Both the position numbers and the translations under genes were made by a program. A stretch of 40,458 nucleotides of DNA from an uncultured Candidatus Bathyarchaeia archaeon. GTDB lineage: Archaea; Thermoproteota; Bathyarchaeia; TCS64. Position 1 is the first letter of the stretch; every line of letters starts with the position of its first letter. Positions 1 to 9,785 of the stretch are shown here, one piece after another. The stretch is from positions 2,406 through 42,863 of the forward strand of contig CAZIAF010000002.1 in the NCBI GenBank assembly GCA_964537625.1, in the 5' to 3' direction. The notes beneath the pieces are model-generated. The model did no database searches and was not told the DNA's origin. It saw nothing but the letters and a program-made list of their open reading frames with translations.

Positions 1-122
1 ATAGCAGAACATTGTCGAGTGAATAGTTCAATATATCATAATAAATATCAACAGACGCTTACCTCCGGCACTCTTAAGACTAAGTAAGCCCCTCAGAATA
101 CTAAAAGCTAAGAGGTTAACTT

Positions 123-374
123 ATGGGAAGAAGAAGGAAGAAAGAAGAGAAAATCATTAGAAGAACGCTGCCTGATCTTTTTTTATGCCCTAATTGTGCT
201 AAGAACTCAATAAAGGTCACATTGGATATTAAGAACAACATTGCTGGTTTACGATGCAGCGCCTGTGGCTTAAGGGGCCGTGTAAAGATTGAGTCCAACA
301 CCGCTCCCGTCGACGCCTATAGCATCTATGTCGATAAATACTACGAAGAAGGGACGCCTGAGAAAGTTGGTTAA
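123..374 (+). CDS. Transcription elongation factor Elf1 homologue (small C4 zinc-ribbon protein)
   Basis: 83-aa ORF with basic N-terminus MGRRRKKEEK. It has a CPNC...CSAC four-Cys ribbon and a PVDAYSIYVDKY tail typical of Elf1. AGAGGT lies 6 nt upstream of the ATG. Confidence 0.8.
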   Translation: MGRRRKKEEKIIRRTLPDLFLCPNCAKNSIKVTLDIKNNIAGLRCSACGLRGRVKIESNTAPVDAYSIYVDKYYEEGTPEKVG

Positions 375-1119
375 AGTAGAGCAGTATATCCAAGAAAGAA
401 TTAAAACTGAGGGTTGCATTCATATGACTCTCCTCGACCCTGAGAAAAAATCAGGTTACGACTGTGCCTCCATCGCTAAAGCTGCTGAATCGGGGGGTAC
501 CACAGCCATTATGGTCGGTGGAAGCACCGTGTCCTCAGGTGTCGAAATGGAGGATGCGGTAAAGAGGATCAAAGCTGTAGTCAAACTCCCAGTCATCATC
601 TTCCCTAACAACCTCACTAGTCTTACAGGCGCTGCTGACGCCATCTGGTTCATGAGCCTCCTTAACAGCGGCAATACCTATTATCTGATGGACAGTCAAG
701 CCCTCGGTGCCCCCACTGTAAAGAAGCTTGGTCTAGAAGTCATGCCAATGGGATACATTATCATTGGTTATGGAGGTGCAGCAGGCTATGTTGGTCACGC
801 GCGGGTTATACCTTATGATAGGCCGGAGCTAGCTGTTGCTTACGCCTCAGCCGCAGAGCTCCTAGGAATGAGATACATCTACCTCGAAGCCGGCTCTGGT
901 GCTCCTCAGGCTATAACGCCGCAAATGATCAACGCTGTACATAAGTCTTGTAGAGGTACCTTAGTCGTTGGAGGAGGCATCCGCGACGTAAAGACCGCAG
1001 TAACCGCCAAGATAGCGGGGGCACAGATCATCGTAACTGGTACCCTAGTCGAGGAGGAGGGTAAAGTCAGGGATCGTATCGCTGAGATCACCTCCGCCAT
1101 AAAGACCCGAAGCCCCTAA
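367..1119 (+). CDS. Geranylgeranylglyceryl phosphate synthase (GGGPS, PcrB family)
   Basis: Motifs HMTLLDPEK, IMVGGS, YIYLEAGSG and VVGGGIR. I prefer the TTG at 367, which gives MVKVEQYI..., the usual N-terminal length for GGGPS. Alternative ATGs are at 328 and 424; the ORF-track start at 289 is probably read-through. Confidence 0.85.
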   Translation: MVKVEQYIQERIKTEGCIHMTLLDPEKKSGYDCASIAKAAESGGTTAIMVGGSTVSSGVEMEDAVKRIKAVVKLPVIIFPNNLTSLTGAADAIWFMSLLNSGNTYYLMDSQALGAPTVKKLGLEVMPMGYIIIGYGGAAGYVGHARVIPYDRPELAVAYASAAELLGMRYIYLEAGSGAPQAITPQMINAVHKSCRGTLVVGGGIRDVKTAVTAKIAGAQIIVTGTLVEEEGKVRDRIAEITSAIKTRSP

Positions 1120-1153
1120 ACTCATATCCTGGCGAAGCATTTACCTTCTTAAT

Positions 1154-4100
1154 TTGAGCCAGTCTCTCATGACCTCGGAGTATAGAGCTTACTTCACTGA
1201 ACTCGAGAAAAAACTAGCGGAGCTGTACGAGGTTGCTACAAAAGCCAAACAGAAAGGTCTCGATGCATCAAGGGAGCCAGAGCCTCAGATTACTCATGAC
1301 ATAGCGGAACGCGTCGAAAAGATGCTTGGTCCAGCAGGTCTCACTACCCGGATGCGTGAACTGGAGGGGATGGATCGCCGGGATATGGCGTTTAAAATCG
1401 CTGAGGAGATCACCTTGGGCCGCTTCGGCTCCATGGAAAAGCAGGCAGCTGCTGATCAAGCGATACGAACCGCTCTCGCAATAATGACGGAGGGGGTAAC
1501 TGTAGCGCCAATCGAAGGTATACCAAAGATAGTCATCAAACAGAACCCTGATCGTACCCAGTTCCTCAGCGTCTATTTTGCAGGACCCATCCGCCCCGCT
1601 GGGGGTACTGCCCAAGCCCTAACTCTTGTAGTCGCTGACTACGTACGCACCCGACTCGGTCTCGAGAAATTCCAGCCTAATGAGCAGCAAGTCCAACGCT
1701 TCATTGAAGAAGTTCGTGTCTACGAGCGATCTGTTCGCAGATTCCAGTACCACGTCAGTGATGAGGATTTGGAGGTCGCCCTCCGCCAGATACCTGTCGA
1801 AGCCACAGGTGTCTCAACAGACCCTTATGAGGTTAGTAACTATCGAGATGTCCCCGGTATCGAGACTAATAGACTTCGAGGAGGAGCACTCATTGTGGTA
1901 GTCGATGGTATCGTTGGGAGGGCTCGGAAGCTTCACGGCGCTTGTGACAAGCTCGGTGTCACTGGTTGGGACTGGTTACTCAAGATGGGGAGAAAAAAGC
2001 AAGCAGAAGGTGAAGCAAAGGAGCCTACATCAGCATTCATGGATGAGATCATAGTAGGCCGCCCCGTCTTCAGCTTCCCTGGCGCCGTAGGAGGCTTCAG
2101 GCTCCGATACGGTCGTGCTCGGAACACAGGCCTTGCTGCTGTTGGCGTCCATCCAGCCACAATGATTGTGTTGAACAGGTTCCTAGTCACAGGCGTCCAG
2201 ATGCGCACCGAATTGCCAGGTAAGTCCGCTGCCACATGTCCAGTCGACTCCATCGAGCCTCCTGTTGTTCGACTCAAGGATGGCTCTGTCCTTCGCGTGG
2301 AGACCGAGGCTGATGCTGAAAAACTCTTCCCAGAGATTGATCGTATCCTCTTCCTTGGAGATTACCTCTCCAACGTCGGAGACTTCATTCAGAACAATAA
2401 AACACTCCTCCCAACGGGTTACGACGAGAACCAGTGGATCCAGGACTTAGAAGCGACATGCGCTAGGATAGGTGAGGAGACGGTGGTTAAACTCACGGGG
2501 CTCCTCTTAGAGAGGATTAGGTACCTGAAAGCGAGCACGAACGACAAACCTTCTGTGGATGAGGCTCTCGCTTTTACCCTCATGGATGTGCCTCTCCACC
2601 CAAGATACAACTACCTCTGGTCTGCTTTGACTAAGGACAGGCTCCTCGTCCTCCGCACTGCTTTAACTGAGGGATATACACCGGGGGTGGATGAGTTTCC
2701 GAACATACTGGAAATTAAAACGGCTTTTGAGGATGCTTTGGTGCCACACCAAGTTAGAAGCGGCCGCCTCGTTCTAGGTGAGGAAGCGAAAGTTGTCGCC
2801 AGATGCCTTAATCTCGTCCAGAAATACCGCGAGATCAGAGGTGAAACCTCTCTGGAGATAGTAAATGACCTCGCGGGATTCAATGTTAGGGAAAAGGCAC
2901 CAGTTTTCGTTGGTGCTAGAATGGGTCGCCCAGAAAAGGCGAAGGAGCGTAGGATGGCGCCCTATGTTCATAGTCTATACCCGGTTGGGGAGGCGGGAGG
3001 TCCTCAGCGCGATATCCTAAAGGCAGAGAAGGGGAAGACTGTAAAGGTCGAGCTCAGTCAACGACGGTGCCTTAGCTGTGGAGCAGTCAGTTCTTCAATG
3101 GTCTGCCAGAACTGCAAAGGCGTTACTGAGGAGATACGTCGTTGTAGTCGGTGTGGCCTTCGTTTCGAGGGGGAGAGATGTCCCCAATGCAGGTCCGAGA
3201 TCGTCTCTTATGCAAACATCGAGGTCGATTTAAAGATGGAGCTTGAAGAAGCTCGTAAAATGATCACTGGTCAGCTCCCTGCCCGTGTAAAGTGTGTAAA
3301 ACGCCTGATGAACCAAACACGTACTCCCGAGCATCTTGGAAAGGGGATCCTGAGAGCTCGTTACGACCTCAGCGTCTTCAAGGATGGCACCCTCCGCTAT
3401 GACCTAACCGACTTACCTCTAACCCATTTTAAACCCAACGAAGTCGGCGTAGGCATCAAGAGGCTAATAGAGCTTGGCTATACTTATGACACATATGGGG
3501 AGCAGTTGAAGAGTCCTGAACAAATGCTTGAGCTTAAGGTTCAGGATGTCATACTCCCGGAGGAGTGCGGAGATTACCTCATAAAAGCGTCAAGGTTCAT
3601 CGATGACCAGCTCCACGACTTTTACGGTCTAGAACCCTACTATAAAGCTAAGACACGAGGGGACCTCGTCGGTTGCCTCTTACTGGGGCTTGCACCACAC
3701 ACGTCGGCAGCAATCTCAGGTAGGCTCGTGGGCTTCACGAAGGTTCGGAACCAATATGCTCATCCTCTATGGCATGCTGCAAAGAGGAGGAATTGCGATG
3801 GCGACGAGGATGCGGTTATGCTTGCCCTCGACCCTCTTCTCAACTTCAGTAAAGCATACCTCCCCCAGCAAAGTGGCGGTCAGATGGATGCGCCACTATT
3901 CGTAATACCGACTCTTAATCCAAGTGAAGTTGATAAAGAGGCACATAATTTAGACGTTGTAAACCGTTACCCGCCCGAGTTCTACAAGCTCTGCTCTGAA
4001 GGTGCAGGCAGTAGCCAGTACAGCGCGCTTATCGACACAATAGGTGCTCGCCTCGGCACAGAGGCCCAGTTCCAAGGCAATAGCTATACCGAGGAATGCA

Positions 4101-4585
4101 GTGACATCAACCTCGGTAGCCACCTCGGTGCCTACACCAGCCTCTCCACTATGGTTGAGAAATTGGATAGCCAGTTGGAGCTGGCTTCCAAACTGAGAGC
4201 GGTAAACCCAAAAGAAGTGGCTTTAAAAATACTAAACAGCCACTTCATGAAAGACATAATCGGAAACCTCCGAGCCTTCACCAACCAGACATTCAGATGT
4301 AGTAAATGTAACCGTAAATTCAGGAGGCCCCCTCTCGTCGGGAAGTGCATTCGTTGTGGGGGTCCTATACAAATGACCGTCCATAAGGGAGGGATAGAGA
4401 AGTACCTACAACCTGCAATCCAAATGGTGAAGAGGTATGGCTTAGACCAGTATTACATCGACCGACTCGAATTAGTAAGGTTAGAAATAAACCAGATATT
4501 CGTACAGGAGAACCAACCAGAGGAGCTCTCGAAACAATTCAGTTTAACCGACTTCATGCGAGCCCAACAAGAAAAGAAGCCATAG
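1154..4585 (+). CDS. polC: DNA polymerase II (PolD) large subunit DP2
   Basis: 1143-aa ORF collinear with archaeal DP2. It has Cys clusters CLSCG...CQNC, CSRCG...CPQC and CSKCN...CIRCG. I saw no intein-like insertion. Start is TTG 1154 or ATG 1169. Confidence 0.93.
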   Translation: MSQSLMTSEYRAYFTELEKKLAELYEVATKAKQKGLDASREPEPQITHDIAERVEKMLGPAGLTTRMRELEGMDRRDMAFKIAEEITLGRFGSMEKQAAADQAIRTALAIMTEGVTVAPIEGIPKIVIKQNPDRTQFLSVYFAGPIRPAGGTAQALTLVVADYVRTRLGLEKFQPNEQQVQRFIEEVRVYERSVRRFQYHVSDEDLEVALRQIPVEATGVSTDPYEVSNYRDVPGIETNRLRGGALIVVVDGIVGRARKLHGACDKLGVTGWDWLLKMGRKKQAEGEAKEPTSAFMDEIIVGRPVFSFPGAVGGFRLRYGRARNTGLAAVGVHPATMIVLNRFLVTGVQMRTELPGKSAATCPVDSIEPPVVRLKDGSVLRVETEADAEKLFPEIDRILFLGDYLSNVGDFIQNNKTLLPTGYDENQWIQDLEATCARIGEETVVKLTGLLLERIRYLKASTNDKPSVDEALAFTLMDVPLHPRYNYLWSALTKDRLLVLRTALTEGYTPGVDEFPNILEIKTAFEDALVPHQVRSGRLVLGEEAKVVARCLNLVQKYREIRGETSLEIVNDLAGFNVREKAPVFVGARMGRPEKAKERRMAPYVHSLYPVGEAGGPQRDILKAEKGKTVKVELSQRRCLSCGAVSSSMVCQNCKGVTEEIRRCSRCGLRFEGERCPQCRSEIVSYANIEVDLKMELEEARKMITGQLPARVKCVKRLMNQTRTPEHLGKGILRARYDLSVFKDGTLRYDLTDLPLTHFKPNEVGVGIKRLIELGYTYDTYGEQLKSPEQMLELKVQDVILPEECGDYLIKASRFIDDQLHDFYGLEPYYKAKTRGDLVGCLLLGLAPHTSAAISGRLVGFTKVRNQYAHPLWHAAKRRNCDGDEDAVMLALDPLLNFSKAYLPQQSGGQMDAPLFVIPTLNPSEVDKEAHNLDVVNRYPPEFYKLCSEGAGSSQYSALIDTIGARLGTEAQFQGNSYTEECSDINLGSHLGAYTSLSTMVEKLDSQLELASKLRAVNPKEVALKILNSHFMKDIIGNLRAFTNQTFRCSKCNRKFRRPPLVGKCIRCGGPIQMTVHKGGIEKYLQPAIQMVKRYGLDQYYIDRLELVRLEINQIFVQENQPEELSKQFSLTDFMRAQQEKKP

Positions 4586-4630
4586 TAACCTTTTTAGAGT
4601 AAGCCATATGGTATCTGAGTGGAATAAAAT

Positions 4631-4816
4631 ATGAGTGGAAAAAAGAAGAAGGACCAAGCACCAGGTATGCCTCAGAGTAGCGCTGGTCTCATGAGGTTCT
4701 TCCAAGATGAAACAAATGGCCCAAAAATCAGACCAGAGTTCGTGATGGTGGGCGCGGCTGTGCTCATAGCCGCAGTCATGATCGCGAGGACCTTCTTCAG
4801 CACTCTTGTCTTTTAG
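4631..4816 (+). CDS. secG: Protein translocase subunit Sec61-beta/SecG (archaeal)
   Basis: 61 aa with a Lys-rich N-terminus and SSAGLMRFFQDE motif. A single C-terminal TM helix follows (VMVGAAVLIAAVMIA). Confidence 0.75.
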   Translation: MSGKKKKDQAPGMPQSSAGLMRFFQDETNGPKIRPEFVMVGAAVLIAAVMIARTFFSTLVF

Positions 4817-4959
4817 GCGTCAATTTTTAAAGTCCATCAACGGCTTCCTATTTGAGACTGAAGTCTAGGTAGGGGTGTAGTCTGGCTGAGAGCAGGGAAG
4901 CCGTAAAAATACTAATTGACTACTATTCATACCTGTTTACGTTTCCCTCTAGGGGCAGA

Positions 4960-6669
4960 ATGATCGCCATCACTGTGTCTGCACTTGGAGCTGTCGGAGC
5001 CCTTTGTTTCAGCTTAGTATATGGTATTTCTAAGACCCAGGTGGGTTTACTATTTGGCATAATCGGGCTTGCAGCGCCGATGGTTGCCTCGGATTTTATT
5101 CTCGGGACCGTTTATAGAGGAGACATACTCCTCACAGGGCGAAGGATAAACATAATCTCCTTTGTCTGGTGCATGACCGGCGGTGCTATCATGATTATCT
5201 CCAGCCTCCTAGCTGCGTTAACTGGTTTACCAGTTTACCTCGATAGAGGAATACTACTAGCTATAGCTGCCCTCATTTGTCTGAGAATTCTAATTTTTGG
5301 TGTTTTCTCTATACGGGGTGCGATGGTGGCTGGTCTGGCGATAGGTCTCCAACCTGCTCTTTTAATGTGTTCTTCTTTCATTCTACGCCCAAGCGTCTGG
5401 GAAAATCCGACCACAGATGCAATAGTTCTCTTGCTCGCCGTACTCGGCCCAATGGTAGTTATCGAAGTTATGAGTACTATGAGATATGGCGGAGGGAAGA
5501 TAGATACACTCTCCATATTCAGAGCTTTCATTTATGCGTGGGCTGAAGAACAAAACGGGCCTCTAGAGGAGATTCTTATGAGGATATCGGAGAACCGCAC
5601 CGTTGAGGTGGACACCCTCGCTTTCTCAAGCCAATCGGGCGGCTGTGTTGGTAGACTGGTAGCGCCATATGTTCACCCGGGGCCGTTTAGGAACGTTGGG
5701 AGTAGTGCATTAAGCCTTATGATAACCAGAGGGTTAGAAGATGGCTGCGATACATTGGTTGCCCACGGTATCTCGAACCACGAGTGGGATATGGCTAGGA
5801 ATGCCGATATGGCAAGGATTGTGAGAGCCATGAAGGGAGCGCAGTTTTCTAAAACTTCAGCTATATGCACACCGATTGTGAGAACAGAGGTTAAGGGAGC
5901 TAAGGCGTCCTGCCAGATATTCGGAGAAATAGCCCTTTTCACACTCACCCTATCTCCGAAGAGCCACGACGATATACCTGACATCATGAAGGAAAGAATC
6001 AGGGAGATTGCGACAGCACAGGGAATCGAAGCTATCGTCATCGACGCCCACAACTGCATTGACCACCTCGATCTACTAGACGAAAACGACGTAAAAAACC
6101 TCTTTGAAGCTGCTGATAATGCGTTCTGTATAGCTTACAATCTCCCACAAGCTCATTTCAAGGCTGGTTTCTCTCTTGTAAAACCCAAGGAATGGGGTCT
6201 TAAGGAGGGGCAAGGTCCCTGTGGTATTGGAGCAGTCGTCATCGAGGACAAATCAGCGAAGTTCGCATACCTGGTCTTCGACAGCAATAACATGATCCAG
6301 GGATTCCGTGAGAAACTTCTCGAACATATAAAATCGAGGGGTTATCAGGAAGCTGAGGCTTTGACATCTGATACGCATCTAGTTAATGCGATAGGCGTTA
6401 CAGACCGTGGCTACAGCCCAGTCGGCGAAGCTATGGAGGAGAGTTTGCTCTTTGCCTATGTAGACAGAGCATTAGATTTAGCGGAAACAACGCCGGCCGT
6501 AGTCTCCTTCAATAGGGTCAAAATCGAGGCAGTACCTGTATTAGGCGCTAATGGGATCGGGTTGTTAATGGGTGTGGTCAAGTCGAGTTTCAGAAAGTTT
6601 TCAGTGACGGCGTTAACCGCCATTCCTCTCACTTTCCTCGCGGCAGCGCTGACCGCTTTCCTCCTGTGA
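4960..6669 (+). CDS. Multi-pass membrane protein with a large soluble domain (DUF2070-like, archaeal)
   Basis: 569 aa. About 6 N-terminal TM helices, a roughly 330-aa soluble domain and a C-terminal TM helix. The family name is recalled from architecture only. Confidence 0.5.
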   Translation: MIAITVSALGAVGALCFSLVYGISKTQVGLLFGIIGLAAPMVASDFILGTVYRGDILLTGRRINIISFVWCMTGGAIMIISSLLAALTGLPVYLDRGILLAIAALICLRILIFGVFSIRGAMVAGLAIGLQPALLMCSSFILRPSVWENPTTDAIVLLLAVLGPMVVIEVMSTMRYGGGKIDTLSIFRAFIYAWAEEQNGPLEEILMRISENRTVEVDTLAFSSQSGGCVGRLVAPYVHPGPFRNVGSSALSLMITRGLEDGCDTLVAHGISNHEWDMARNADMARIVRAMKGAQFSKTSAICTPIVRTEVKGAKASCQIFGEIALFTLTLSPKSHDDIPDIMKERIREIATAQGIEAIVIDAHNCIDHLDLLDENDVKNLFEAADNAFCIAYNLPQAHFKAGFSLVKPKEWGLKEGQGPCGIGAVVIEDKSAKFAYLVFDSNNMIQGFREKLLEHIKSRGYQEAEALTSDTHLVNAIGVTDRGYSPVGEAMEESLLFAYVDRALDLAETTPAVVSFNRVKIEAVPVLGANGIGLLMGVVKSSFRKFSVTALTAIPLTFLAAALTAFLL

Positions 6670-6836
6670 TTAGTCTTTCTTAAAGATGCCCTGATTGAAT
6701 CTATCGATGCGCGTCCATAAACACGGATCCCCGAAGAAGTCTTAACCAGGGGAATAGAGATGTCAAAAATTTATGTACTCTATAGTCCTTTTATCCTAGT
6801 TTAAACAGACTAGATAATACAAGAGGGCGAAATAAG

Positions 6837-8174
6837 TTGAGTTACCCAAAGATAGTTGTTACACCTCCAGGTCCTAAGGCGAAGAAGATCGTAAGCAGAG
6901 ACGAAAGATACATCTCACCTTCCTTCGGTAGAGCCTATCCGCTCGTAATCAAAGAGGCTAAAGGCTGTATAGTAACCGATGTCGATGGCAACGAGTTCAT
7001 CGACATGAACGCCGGTCTCGCCGTAACCAACGTAGGACACAGCCACCCCAAGGTCCTAAAGGCGATCCACGATCAGGTGAACAAGTTTCTAAGCTACAGC
7101 TACACAGACTTCTTCTACTCAAATTATATTGATCTTGGGGAACAACTCCATGAGATCATTCCTGGGAAGCATGAGAAAAAGTTCTTCTATGGTAACAGCG
7201 GGGCTGAGGCGAACGAAGCAGCGTTGAAACTTGCTCGCTGGCACAGCAAGCGCCAATACATTCTTGCTTACATAAGCAGTTTCCACGGACGTACAATGGG
7301 CGCTGTCAGCCTCACCGCATCGAAACCCGCACAGCGTCGTTACTTCGCCCCCCTGGTTCCCGGCATCGAGCATATCTTCTACCCCTACTGCTACAGGTGC
7401 CCATTCCACCTAGAGTGCCCGAGCTGCGACTACTACTGCGTTGACTACATCGAAGAGTACTTATTCAGCAAGTTTTTGCCACCAGAGGAGGTGGCGATGC
7501 TTATCACCGAAGCTGTCCAAGGCGAGGGTGGGTACGTCGTCCCGCCGAAGGGCTACTTTAAGAAGCTTAAGAAACTCCTCGACAAGTACGGCATACTACT
7601 AGCGGTGGATGAAGTCCAGTCAGGTATGGGTAGAACTGGTAAGTGGTTCGCTATCGAGCACTTCGATGTGGTGCCGGACATCATCACAATAGCGAAGGGT
7701 ATCGCCGCAGGTCTACCACTCGGTGTCATGGCGTCGAGAGCTGACCTCCAGGATTGGACGCCGGGCAGCCATGCCTCCACCTTTGGAGGTAATCCCGTTG
7801 CCTGCTCCGCCGCCTCCGCCGTCATCAAAGCCATAAAGGAGGAAGGGATGCTAGAGAATGCCCAGAAGCAGGGCATCCACATCATGAAGAGGCTCAACGA
7901 GTTTAAGGAAAACCATCCAATGATCGGTGATGTCCGCGGTCTAGGCCTGATGTGTGGACTGGAGTTGGTGAAGGATAAGAGGAGTAAAGTCCCTGCTTCC
8001 AAAGAAACTGAGGAAGTAATGATGGACTGTTTCCGAAAGGGTATAGCATTAGTGAACTGCGGTAAGAGTGTTATCCGTCTCATGCCGCCTCTTCCCATCA
8101 CCCGCGACCTTCTAGATAAAAGCCTCGATGTGCTAGACGAGAGCATTAGTATAATCGAGAAAGAGAAAAAGTAG
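6837..8174 (+). CDS. Class-III PLP-dependent aminotransferase (4-aminobutyrate/acetylornithine aminotransferase family)
   Basis: Motifs GNSGAEANEAALKLAR, DEVQSGMGRTGKWFA, TIAKG (PLP lysine) and STFGGNP. The TTG start is obligatory because the conserved PKIVVTPPGPKA N-terminus has no upstream ATG. GAGGG lies upstream. Confidence 0.9.
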   Translation: MSYPKIVVTPPGPKAKKIVSRDERYISPSFGRAYPLVIKEAKGCIVTDVDGNEFIDMNAGLAVTNVGHSHPKVLKAIHDQVNKFLSYSYTDFFYSNYIDLGEQLHEIIPGKHEKKFFYGNSGAEANEAALKLARWHSKRQYILAYISSFHGRTMGAVSLTASKPAQRRYFAPLVPGIEHIFYPYCYRCPFHLECPSCDYYCVDYIEEYLFSKFLPPEEVAMLITEAVQGEGGYVVPPKGYFKKLKKLLDKYGILLAVDEVQSGMGRTGKWFAIEHFDVVPDIITIAKGIAAGLPLGVMASRADLQDWTPGSHASTFGGNPVACSAASAVIKAIKEEGMLENAQKQGIHIMKRLNEFKENHPMIGDVRGLGLMCGLELVKDKRSKVPASKETEEVMMDCFRKGIALVNCGKSVIRLMPPLPITRDLLDKSLDVLDESISIIEKEKK

Positions 8175-8182
8175 TTTTTTTT
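8175..8182 (+). terminator. Oligo-T tract (8 T) directly after the aminotransferase stop
   Basis: TAG is followed immediately by TTTTTTTT. Archaeal intrinsic termination uses oligo-T. Confidence 0.45.
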
Positions 8183-8221
8183 ACTCAAACTTATTCAAAT
8201 GGGTAATGCATATAATAGTAC

Positions 8222-9739
8222 CTATTTCTTAAGAATTATAACACGAGTGAACTGGCCTGAACTTACTTGTATTAAGCCGTCAAAGGGCTCTCGAATATTG
8301 CAGTTCTCAAGCATGATCCTTGCACCGGCTGAGAGACCCTCCACCGCTTTGCCGTGCTCACGCCAGAGGCTTACCCGCGCCTCCCCAGTACCGTCGTCCA
8401 CTCGAAAGCTGACGACTGTAGTCGGTCCCCGCATGGTATTCACCTCCCGGCTAATTGGATCATCTAGAAGCTGGCCCTGAACTGTGATACTCTTTTCCCC
8501 CTCACGAAGGTCCTTTATCTCGGTAACTCTGTCCTCTACATTTAATGTCTTGATAAAGACATCCCTAGGATTGATCTTGAAGCTACCTAGGCGTCCTTTA
8601 TTGAGATCGACACCGCCAAAGCCGGCTCGAGTATAACCGTTTTCCACGGCAATGACCGCTCCTACTTTCATGTCGCCTAGAGCTTTGATATCATCGTCCC
8701 ATAGACTGAGTCTGACGACGCCGGTTTCATCCTCGAGTACAACGGAAGCGACCTGACCCTTTGTACCGTCCTTCCGGATGAATTCACGAGGCGTCCCAAC
8801 GCTGGTAACTTTACCGGCAACGCTGACACCTCTCATCCCTTCCTTAAGCTCACCGATCTTAGCCCACTTTGAGACAGGCTCATGAGGGAGGACCCCTTCC
8901 TCGACGACTTCGAACTCGCTACTCCTGTTAAGGTGTACTTCATATCCACCGCCCTGCCCGACTTTGGAGGAAGCGCCAATAATTCGAATCCTTGTACCGT
9001 CAGAGAGCTTCCCCACTTCGGCGGCCTTCTCGTCCCAAAGGACGAGCGTAATCTGTCTTCCCCCTTCCTCGAGTGTGAGTCTACCGACCTTGCCCTCGGT
9101 ACCATCCTTTCGGGTGAATGTGGAGACAGGGGATCTGCCCATGACGACCCCCTCGACATTGACGGAGCCAGTCGAGCTGACCTCGCCTGGGTTCTTGAAG
9201 AAGGAGTCGAAGCCGGGGAACTCGGAGTCGACTGCATCGAGAGGCTCCATGTAAACAGTGCCTCGGTTCCCGATGTTGACCTCGATCTCTCCAGTACCTT
9301 GTCGCTCTCTGCTGTAGCCGTGAAGCACTCTTATGATCTTGCCCCGAGTGATCTTGCTTGCTATTACATGATCAGCCCGGTCGTCCCAGAAAACGACAGC
9401 AACGCTACCAGTCTGGTCTCCGAGGAGCATCCTAAGTACCTTTCCCTGCCGTCCATCAGCTCTCTGGAATGTACGCGGTGGAAAAACGTGAAGCACTCTT
9501 CCAGTTAGGCTTACATCATTAAGTCCAGATGTTAGGGCACCAATCTTGAGCTTCGCCTCGATCCGTTCTCCAGCACCATCCATTCCTAGGTTGGAGGCTA
9601 CGAGGTGAGCTGCGGCTTCATCGGTGAGGAGCCCGGCGGCTTTCGCCTTTTCCTCTTGGATTAGCCGTTCCACAGCCTCTCGAGTCAGGTTGGGTTTTAA
9701 GGCTAAGATCCGCTTAATGACGTCCTCTGTGACGGACAT
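8222..9739 (-). CDS. Replication protein A-like ssDNA-binding protein with four OB folds
   Basis: 505 aa. A helical N-terminal domain (LLTDEAAAHLVASNLGMD) is followed by four copies of an OB pattern. Examples are FxRxDGxxGKVxxxxLxDxTG and a trailing W[DR][DE]. There is one Cys, so no zinc finger. Confidence 0.85.
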   Translation of the reverse strand: MSVTEDVIKRILALKPNLTREAVERLIQEEKAKAAGLLTDEAAAHLVASNLGMDGAGERIEAKLKIGALTSGLNDVSLTGRVLHVFPPRTFQRADGRQGKVLRMLLGDQTGSVAVVFWDDRADHVIASKITRGKIIRVLHGYSRERQGTGEIEVNIGNRGTVYMEPLDAVDSEFPGFDSFFKNPGEVSSTGSVNVEGVVMGRSPVSTFTRKDGTEGKVGRLTLEEGGRQITLVLWDEKAAEVGKLSDGTRIRIIGASSKVGQGGGYEVHLNRSSEFEVVEEGVLPHEPVSKWAKIGELKEGMRGVSVAGKVTSVGTPREFIRKDGTKGQVASVVLEDETGVVRLSLWDDDIKALGDMKVGAVIAVENGYTRAGFGGVDLNKGRLGSFKINPRDVFIKTLNVEDRVTEIKDLREGEKSITVQGQLLDDPISREVNTMRGPTTVVSFRVDDGTGEARVSLWREHGKAVEGLSAGARIMLENCNIREPFDGLIQVSSGQFTRVIILKK

Positions 9740-9785
9740 GGGTTTAACGCTCTACCTAAATAAGAAGACCTGTAAAACAGTTTCC

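Noticed and set aside
289-366. Upstream extension of the GGGPS ORF overlapping Elf1
   Set aside because: It is Pro/Ser/Thr-rich with no similarity to GGGPS N-termini. The TTG at 367 reproduces the usual MKVE..Y start.
7553-8188. 211-aa ORF antisense to the aminotransferase gene
   Set aside because: It lies entirely opposite a gene with strong family motifs. Its product is low-complexity and Ser/Pro/Arg-rich, typical of a shadow frame.
8833-9508. Several 96-208-aa ORFs overlapping the RPA gene on both strands
   Set aside because: The RPA frame carries four clear OB-fold repeats. The others are Ser/Pro/Arg-rich shadow ORFs with no motifs.
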